Under the pieces are notes generated by a model. That model did not search any database and was not told the origin of the DNA. It saw nothing but the letters and a program-made list of their open reading frames with translations. A stretch of DNA of 64,000 nucleotides from Eukaryota sp. GEM-RC1 (lineage: Eukaryota). The position numbers and the translations under genes were made by a program. Of the stretch, positions 54,858 to 64,000 are shown piece by piece. The stretch spans positions 1 through 64,000 of the forward strand of contig JAUFOQ010000006.1 of the NCBI GenBank assembly GCA_040285855.1, given 5' to 3'. The number at the start of each line of letters is the position of its first letter. Position 1 is the first letter of the stretch.

Positions 54858-55711
54858 TCCTTAACAAAGTGATCTGAGCTTCCACAATGCAAGCATAAAC
54901 CAGAGCTTTTAGGATATTTAAAACGATATTGTTTCCGAGGTTTTGAGTCATTGGCAGTTTTGGTATCTTGAATTCTCTGTTGATTTGAGAGTTGAGGTCT
55001 GGGTCTTAAACGTTGTGATTTTTGCAGTTTTCTAGCTTCGTGATAAACATCTTTCAAACTGCGGTGATAACCTAAGTCGACGTTTTCTTCCAGCTGTTGA
55101 GCAATAAATGAAGGTTGCAGGTTCCGTAAGAAGTAGCGTATCACAGTCTTGGATTTTGAACTGAGATTACATCGATCTGTTATCTCTAGGAAGCGCACGT
55201 AGTAGTCTGTGAGCTGGTGCATTGGATTGTTGATCTTCGAACTCATCCTACAGGTTCTCATGAGGCGTTTTGCTTCATATGGATCTGATATCTTAGTTAA
55301 AGATAGTAGATAAGTATGGATCTTTTTCGGGGACTTGCTTTCAGCTTCCAGTTGGATGACTTTTAGGAGCCTTTTCGGAATAAGCTTTGTGATAGGCAAC
55401 GGGTTTTCACAGTTCTTATAGAGATCGTATTTCTCTAAAAAGAATGTAATGTCTCTTTCAGAGAGTGATCGTAAAACGGCAGGACGGACAGCGGAGGACT
55501 CTAGCAACACTTTCTTTAGGAGTTCGTTGATCGGGGTGGTGTCTTGTGCTTCGGGATGGCTTGTTTCGTCGTCTGAATTTTCATAGTCGGGTATTTCGGA
55601 ATCGTTGTCGGAACTGGTCTGACCGTTGTCAGCGGACGCGTAAGAGGTAACTTCGGAATCCGAGTTAACATCTTCATCTATGTGGTTAAAATCGGGATCA
55701 GAAGCGGGCAT
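54746..55711 (-). CDS. gag: Gag with CCHC zinc knuckle
   Basis: CLHCGSSDHFVKDC; overlaps pol in another frame. Confidence 0.9.
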   Translation of the reverse strand: MPASDPDFNHIDEDVNSDSEVTSYASADNGQTSSDNDSEIPDYENSDDETSHPEAQDTTPINELLKKVLLESSAVRPAVLRSLSERDITFFLEKYDLYKNCENPLPITKLIPKRLLKVIQLEAESKSPKKIHTYLLSLTKISDPYEAKRLMRTCRMSSKINNPMHQLTDYYVRFLEITDRCNLSSKSKTVIRYFLRNLQPSFIAQQLEENVDLGYHRSLKDVYHEARKLQKSQRLRPRPQLSNQQRIQDTKTANDSKPRKQYRFKYPKSSGLCLHCGSSDHFVKDCPNNPHLLDPNIKMCSKYRQTKQNHFNAQSPSTIRN

Positions 55712-57653
55712 CTACCTTCGATGTAGCAAAGTAACGTTACTGTGCCGATATCTAGATATGAAACTGAAGGAATACTTTATTAGGTCAAATATACGGACTA
55801 TAACTACTGGTGACGTGTCATAGTGTCATTCTGACACTACAGTAGAATAGTTTACTGAATCCCATTCTCTTTCCTCTAAGTGTTGATCCTCCATGACTCT
55901 GACCAACTTGAACTGTTTGACGTTATCAATGGTTTTCACCATGACATCCATGCATTTTTCGTCAAGGACTTTTGGCAGGACATTCATGAATACAATGCTC
56001 CTCGTAAGTTTGTGTTTCTCAATGACAATTGCGTTGTGAAAACATTTCATTTTCGACATTGCATAAACTCATTATGTAGATAAGGTGGATCATTTGATGG
56101 TATTAATTGTGAAAAGCTGTACTAAGTGAAGCACTAGGTTATGGTGATCAGAATAACATGGTATATACAAAATCCAACATTATTTGGCATCACGCTACAA
56201 TTGTACACCAACCTCCTTCCACAGGTTCTGTTGTATCAGAAGCTACAGTTCATTGTCATCATGGTGGTTTCCAATTCGTCACTAGAACTAATCGCTTGAA
56301 ACAACATTGTGTACTGGGGACTGTTCAAAACTGCATTCAGAACTCGTTGACACGCTTTAATATTATTAGAGAATACGAAAACTCCCATCCTTTCTCACAT
56401 AATCACCTTTATCTCATTGTAGAATTTCTTTCAACAACTGTTACTTTTGCTCACATACTCCATGCAGAATAAATGTTTTAACTTTCAAAACAAAAAGCGG
56501 ACAATGGTGTCTTAATAAATGGCCTTTAAACCATAGTTCATTCGGTGTTTACACACAATTTTAAATTTTACAATATTAACTGTTTATGCTTTTGTATCGA
56601 CTTACTAGTACACTGTTCGTAAATACAGACCAAGAAAACTTTTGATCATCAGTTTTGGTTAAATGACACTAACTTCACATATTTTAAAACAATGCATATT
56701 GTAATATCAACAGATATTGTAACGCAAAAGTATAATGTGGGAAAGGCTTCTGTGAGGTTCAATGACAATGAATGTTCGTTGAATTGCAGTGACGACTAGT
56801 ATTACTGTGTATTTATCCAACAAAAGAGTTACTGCAAACCAAGAGTTTATCATTATTACTATCGTATTTCGAGACATACAGAAGCACAACATAAAGAGTA
56901 AAAAAAATCTCAAAGACAAAATGTACAAGATCACAAAATCCAAAATGTGTCAAAATGTGCGCATTTGACACTTCTTTGAAAAAAACACTACTATTTAATC
57001 TTGGTACAAAGTAATTACAATATGGGAACCTGTCAATCCATAATGCATGTACATCGTAGCAAGTTCTTCATCTTGCTGTGTTTATCTGACAGTACAATTT
57101 CTAGTGTAGTCATAACCGGACAATTTCAGTATCAGACTAAAGGTGATGTATCAGTGGCTGTACGAAGGAGTTTACTCAAAGTTCTACCGGCAAGCTAAGA
57201 ATCAAAAATTGAATTGCAAATAAGTTGTATACAAAGAGTAAATAACCAAACATACAAATCACAAATGTACAAAGACTAATAATTTAAAACATAAACAATA
57301 ATTTACAAAATATCAAGAACTCTGTTGTTTTGCATTACAATGAAAGTGACTCACAGTATTATTCGGAAGATAAGCTATGGCAGAAGTACCAACTCTCTTA
57401 TTACAAATTGAACAAGTAGTGTTTAAATCAACACAAATAGACTTCTTCTGAGTTTGAACAAGATGAGACATAATCTTCAAAGAATTGAAATGTACTAAAT
57501 TACGTTAAACAGACAAGTCTCTGCTTTTAGACGCTAGATGATCTAAACCGATACCAAAAAGGGAGAAACAGTTGTCTTTATTATCATTTAGTATCGTATT
57601 TTGTAGTTGTATCAGTGCACAACACACATTTTTGCGATTTTAACAATAAATTA

Positions 57654-60600
57654 CTACAAAACGATGTTAGCCAATCGCCAACAATAGCAAACACAAACAA
57701 AAGCAGAAGCGATCTTTGTCAATCTGTGAGAAAAACAAAACCACAACAAGAACAGTATCGGAAGACAAACAGAGAAATGTGTTTGGTCAAGACATATTTC
57801 GAAACAAATAACTAGAGTAACTAAAACGAACGAGAAGTTATTGTACGGGTATACTTGACGAACTGCTCGATAAATACAGAGAGAAAACACCAGTAACCAT
57901 AAAGTTAAACAAAGTAGAATATGAATTGAAAGGCCACTACGTAAGACATACAATTGAAGCACCAGAATAGTCAACATAAAGGAATAAATATTGATTGAAT
58001 AGAACAAGAATGAATCAACTATTGACCAAACGCCATTCCATTTTAATTTACAAATTTGGTTCCAATTGCGACCCCTAAATCGGATTAAGACAATAACTGT
58101 GGTAATAATTAACCAATGAAGTACTATATATATGTACTGAGTGAACAAATGAGGTGGAAAGAAATACAAAAGATATGATGATAACAAGTCGAATGGCAGA
58201 ACCACTGATTTAAACAGTATCAAACAAATTGCCATTAAGACAATTAAAGGACAAAATACAGGCTTAACCAACTGTTGGTAGAACAGGACTTCCACAGGAT
58301 CTTTAGAAAATTTAGCATTCTTATGAGGTTGCCTGAATTTGGAAGAAATATATTGATTCAGTGTGTTGATATGTGAAATATACTGAAGAAACAATAAAAT
58401 TACTAAAATAAAAAAAAATATTGGTGAAAATTGAGTTCATATAATTCCCAACAGATGTCTCTAAACATGAAGAAAATCTTTTGGTATACCCTGGTTTACA
58501 ACTCAAACAGAAATCATCAATGGTTGTAAATCCAGAAGAAACACAAGAATTATTTTTACACAGATAAGTAAGAGGACAACTCACGGTGATATGATTGGAA
58601 GTATCAAATACCAGTCCGTCACGTACCTTGATTATTGATCCGTATCGACAATCAGTTTTTTCAGGACAACTCACACACGTATCGCTGATTTGATATAAGT
58701 TTCTGTCACAAGCACAGTCATTGACAGACGTAGATGAATTTCTGTGAGTAACTCTATTTGGAGGACATGGTAAGCAAGAATCATGGTTCAGTGACTTGAA
58801 AGTTCCAATTGGACAAGGCAAACAGTCACCAAAGTTGAAGTAATATCCAGCTGGACAGAAACACTGACCTTCATGGAGAACAAAATGAATAGAACAAGGA
58901 ACTGGAGGAATGGTGACTGATACTGATTGACCTTGTGCTTGGAAAGTGATGTAGTTGGAAGTAGAAGGATACAAGTAGAGATCAAGTTCATAATCATCGA
59001 CAATTATGAACGCCAATTGAGGGTTTGACGAAATGTCGACATCACGTGTTGAAAGATAACGAGATTGATTGGTCAAAGGCAATACTTGGACTAACTTAAG
59101 AGAGACATAAACCCGTATGCAAGATTTGTGTTCAAGTACATGTTTACAGCTGGTAGAATTCAGTATTGAACCAACAAAAAGTGTATTTCTAGGTTGGACC
59201 AGAGAAAGACTAAAAGAAGAGGAAAGGTTAGTGTGTGTAAGAGTCATGGTTAGAATAGCAGCTGTTGGTTGAAGTAGCTTACTGTCGTTGTTAATGTTAA
59301 GAACACAATTCGAATCAGAACAACTACTGAAATAAAATGAAAGATTTGGAAGTCTATACGGATAAATCACAGTTGATTGAATAGTAAAGTCATCTTGACT
59401 CAAACGTGAGCATGAAGTAAGGAAACCACGCTCATCCCGACATTGACACGCCACCAAATGGGCGAGCTTTAATTCCGAAACCAAATCATCACAGTAAATG
59501 TACTCAGGAGATCCTGAATAATAATTAAAATCAACAGATAAGTATGACTCAAAACAATCAACAGAGAAGAGATCAAATGTAAGGTTATGACGTGGTTCTG
59601 GGCGGGCTATAGAATTGGCAAATGTATTTAAAAGAAGATCAAATGATGAATAGACTGTTTGATTGTAGATAAAGGCAGCGTCTATTTGTAATACTTCATG
59701 TACTGAGTTTAAACCAACTGTAGAGTTCAACAATTGAAAACACTGAGTTAAAGGAAAACCATAGACTTCAAGTTCGGTCAACTTAATTGTGGTTGGAAAT
59801 GAAAGTTTTAAGAATGAGGTCAGAATTGAATTTTGGAAGAAGTGGATCTGACACTGTGTTACGGTAGAAAATCCACTGGGAAAGGGGGAACACGTCACTG
59901 ATTCAATCAAATCTGGCGATATAGAAATAGAAAACGGCAGAGTTGTTTGTGTATCATGACAGACACTCATAAATGATACAGAAAGAGACCAGACGTCAGA
60001 AGTTGAAGTAAGATGGACATCAAGAGTATCGTTTGGGTCTATTTTGACAAAACAGTCTGAATCATCACAACAGCGGACTCCAGAGGATAGAATAGTTGAA
60101 CAATTCAAAGAAAATAACTTATCTGCTCCATGGAGATCAACAAAAGCCAATGGAACCAACGGTATACTGTGACCATCAACAAAACATATTGTGGCAAATT
60201 GTGATTCCACACGCATTTGAGTTGAAATAAAACTTAAAGAGTCATTCGCAACTAGAAAAATGTCAACAAACGGCTGATAAATAGGTGAAACAGTATTTAA
60301 ACAAGTAACCGAAGAACCACCACCAGAATGATGCCTTACCTCACTGTTGAACGAAACTCCAACAATTGAACAAGTGAACTGAACATCCGGAAGGCGACAG
60401 TTCAAATACATTTCAATCTTCCGAGATTCAATTACAGACAGTGAAGAAGAAGTAGAAATAACATGACAGTAGCAAAGAGTTACAGAATCGATCAGAATGT
60501 TGTTGTAAGTTATATGTTCCCAATAAATATTGTAGGATAACGGGATTTGTGAATACATTTCATCCGGAAATGTTAAATAAACAGTAGTTTCAGCAACAGA

Positions 60601-63600
60601 ATATCTGAGAGGAATACTATGGTTCAAAGTAAATGTTGAGTTCTCTGGTAAAACAGACGTAAACAGAGAAACATTACTAGAGGGATTAGCGAGGTTAATC
60701 AAATAGAATGAGTTGAGTCGAATAATTGGATCTTCACGTATAACAAAGGATTCTGACTTTATCCACTTAACATCTTGAAATGAAATTTCTAAACTGAAAG
60801 TTTTAATACCTGGTTCAGAAGAGAAAAATTCAAAATGTAAATTGTTAGTCACCGTAGTGAACTCCAGTTGATAGTCTGGTGCCCACATCTGCAATGAATC
60901 ACGACTAGTCCAAAGAGAGAGGTCAAGAGTTGTTGAAAATTTAAAATTGAGTCCAATAACTGCTGGAATACTGAAAGAGAAATCAACAATTTCGATATCA
61001 AGGGGGACATAATTTAAGTTGTTTTGCAGTATTATGGAGTAAGAATTCTGGACGGTAAATATTTGAAGTTCTTGCTTCAAAGGTTCTGACACTGATCCAA
61101 TTGTCAAAATTAAATTTTCTATTGTGTGGGTCAATAACACCGAAAATTTAGAAAAAGACGGTACGATTACTGGAAAAGACAAATAATCGCCAACATCAAA
61201 TGAAAATTCAGAGAATGTGTGGACAAGACTGGAAGAGATTACCAAAGAATAGCAACCAATTTTGGAAACAGAAACTTTGAGATTAAGATAAGTAGAATAA
61301 ACTGATAGTTCCACTATCATGCTTTCATTAAATAAAATAGAATTTAACCATTGGTCTTCTGAAAACATGTCAAAATTTTGCCCGACTACTTGTAATTCTA
61401 AAAATGTTGGATCAGCAAAGAATTGAAAGTATATTGGTGAAATTTCAGAGATTTGGATAATGAACGGAACATTGGAAGCAGAAAGTTGGATATTTAAAGA
61501 CTGATGAATCAAATAAAACAATGGTATCTGATTAGACGAATTTGGAATGAAAGAAAGAGAAATATTACAAGATGAAATGACTTCCTGTTGAACAACAGTA
61601 ACTTCAGCGCTATGTACTATAAATGAACTCAAATTCAAATGAGATTCAGAAGGAGAAAGATGCAGTGTGCATATATAGTTAGTAAAACAAATGTAATCAA
61701 CTGATTGTGCAAAAACATCAGCAATCGGTAGCGAGAAAGTTCTAGAGAATTCGGGATGTTGAAGAAAAGACATTGTGAAAACAAAATGATTGTTTGAAGA
61801 AACGTATGGAACAAATAAATCAAAAAGATGCGAACCAACAGTGGAGATATTTAGAAAATCTTGGGTTGATATTGAAAAATGCGGTAGACAATGAAGGCGC
61901 GAAAACTGAGTCAACAAAGGATATTCAACAAAAAAGCGACCATTGATTTTACTTATATAACTGGGAAAAATAGAGAGAGTCGGAAAACTTAACGGTAATG
62001 ATTGCCACTTTGATTGCTGATTGCCTGCTACGACTGCAAACTCCACATGAGGAGAAGAAGTACAAATTCGGTGAACTTGTACCACCAATAAGTCATCAAG
62101 TTGGTGCAGTATTGAATAAGAAATATTACCGAAACTAAATGAAAGATTTAGTTTGATCAATCCAAAGTTGAAACCGATAATCGACAATGTACCTGAAAAA
62201 GCCAACGACTCTGGTTCAATTCCAGTTACTTCTGGCCTATTATAACAAAGGCGACCACCGGAAACTGTTGTATTTTCATACAGCAAAGCCAGATTGTGAC
62301 AACCAAAATATGGAAATAAGTCAAAGGACATATGTGTATCACAATCAGGGGAAATCAATTCTGAAAATTGAATGGATTCTATCAAAATTTCAAAGTCAAA
62401 TATAGCAAAATGTTGACCTTGAATTTCGACCCTACCTCCCAAAGGCCGAGGACTTGAGATTGAGTCAATTATAGGAGTACACACAGGAATAATGATCGAC
62501 GCAAAGAAGAATTGCAATTGTCTATCAACTATTTTAATACCCAATTCAGGAAACTGATTGTTACTTAAAGAAAGAACTAGAGAACCATCATTTCTGCTCC
62601 AATTCTTAATGGAACCACCACTAGACTGAAACTCAAAATCTAGAACTGATTGATTAAAGTGACTGTCAATCAGATAGAAAGTACACTCTAATGGAGCACA
62701 ACACTTAAAATGATTGGGAAATTGGAAACTTACATCAATCTCATCAATAATATAGAAGATATCACGAAATTCTGTTGACCCTTCAGGTTGGGTGTATGAT
62801 TGAAGAACGATAGGAAACCCTGTATCAAAAATAATATTTGACCCTTGGTTAGAAACACTTTTCGATACAATAATGGGAGCGGAAAGATACAAGAATTGAA
62901 TGAAACCCCCTAAAAAAGCAGTATCAATCAGTTCTAAAGAGGTCAAATTTGAAAAAATGATTGATCCTGAATAGACAAGTAACGATTCAATCACAACGTT
63001 CTGGCAATTGGTAACGGTAATTTCTCCCCCCATGACTAACATGGTGATGATTGGCCAATGATCAAGATCTTGTTCAAAAATTATATGGCCTTGACTGACA
63101 CTGATATGGGAAATATTAAAAAGGAAGATTTAACAAAATGAAAAGACCCCTCGGATGTAAGTTGCAAACTGTCTATATCCCACGTTCCCATGACTGTGAG
63201 GGTCCTATTTGGCATGAAGAAAGAGTTGGAGTCACCACCTACAGCAGAACTAGCCGTAAAGCACACATTATCATTGAAAATCAAGGTAGAATTCAAAAGG
63301 GAAACTCTGTTAGAGAACGTAACAACTCCATTAAAAGTAATTACTGAGTTACTGAAGTTGATTGGAGAATCAAATGCACAGTCACAATAGAAATCCAGTA
63401 CCGAATCATTGATGACATGGATGATATCATTGGAATTAAAAACAACAAGACTTGTACCTGAAAGTGATTGAAATTCGAACTTCGAAGGAAACTTTACCAT
63501 TCCCTCAAAGACAAGAGTTGAAGATTGTAAGTATACAACTGACGTGTTGAATTCTAGAACACCTTTAGATATTAGAGTTCCATCGTGAAACAAGCAGTTA

Positions 63601-64000
63601 TCTTTAAACACACCACGGGAAACAATACTTACATTAGATTTGAAAAAACAAAGTGATGAATTTGAAAGAGTTAATAGATCTATCAAAATTCGTGAGTGAT
63701 TAACAATTAAGTTTGATGTGTCAATGTTGAAATTGGAAATGAAAATTTCAGAATCATGGAAAGTCGTTGCTGTTTCTTCCAAAGAGTTTGAGGGGGAAAT
63801 AAAAGAAGAAATGGTAAGCAAAAGACTGTTGAAGAAAAGCTGACCCGTATTAGATATGAATTGGATGTAAGAATGAGGAGAATTTGATTCTTCGAAACAA
63901 CTCAGAATTTCATGGTTTGATTGAAATATGAGGTATCCATGATTGAAAAAGGGAATATACACTTGGAAATTCTGCGTTGCTAGGTTGAATAAAACCGTGT
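57654..64000 (-). CDS. Paralogue of the giant surface/multi-TM gene at 40231-48813; 5' end lies beyond the window; frameshifts at ~58410 and ~63075
   Basis: ORFs 63081-63962, 58321-63042 and 57654-58394 align collinearly with the first copy at high similarity. Breaks fall in A-runs. Confidence 0.88.

Larger units (their letters stand above)
50339..55841 (-). mobile_element. Ty3/Gypsy chromovirus LTR retrotransposon; young (identical 101-bp LTRs), 4-bp TSD GTAG
   Basis: LTRs at 55741-55841 and 50339-50439, TG...CA on the minus strand. TSD at 50335-50338 and 55842-55845. PPT AAAGGGG(TAA) before the 3' LTR. Domain order gag-PR-RT-RH-IN-chromo. Confidence 0.97.

Noticed and set aside
55846..56480. 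DIRS-like RNase H remnant (ASDTT...GGW on the minus strand)
   Set aside because: Single weak motif among many stop codons.

Overview
Left end of a chromosome from an AT-rich, apparently intron-poor eukaryote. About 4.25 kb of mixed CCCTAA/CCCTAAA telomere is followed by a transposon-rich subtelomere. The standout is a ~4.4-kb reading frame at 6527-10918, broken by single-base slips that mostly fall in homopolymer runs. It strings together a 2A-like ribosome-skipping motif (DIESNPGP), an Ulp1/C48-type cysteine protease, a Pol delta/family-B-type 3'-5' exonuclease with no polymerase, and a full-length Fanzor (eukaryotic TnpB) whose third RuvC residue reads N instead of D. An array of six units, each opening with the same 16-nt hairpin-forming motif, lies directly upstream. 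The rest of the window holds CRE/SLACS-like (RLE-type) non-LTR fragments, two hAT non-autonomous elements with 8-bp TSDs, two pogo-like DDE remnants, and a tandem three-LTR non-autonomous chromovirus-like element. There is also a young Ty3/Gypsy chromovirus with a 752-bp in-frame copy of the neighbouring gene between two duplicated integrase segments, an intron-containing tRNA-like gene, two LRR genes, and two paralogous giant surface/multi-TM genes. All domain calls come from motif recognition by eye; no searches were run.
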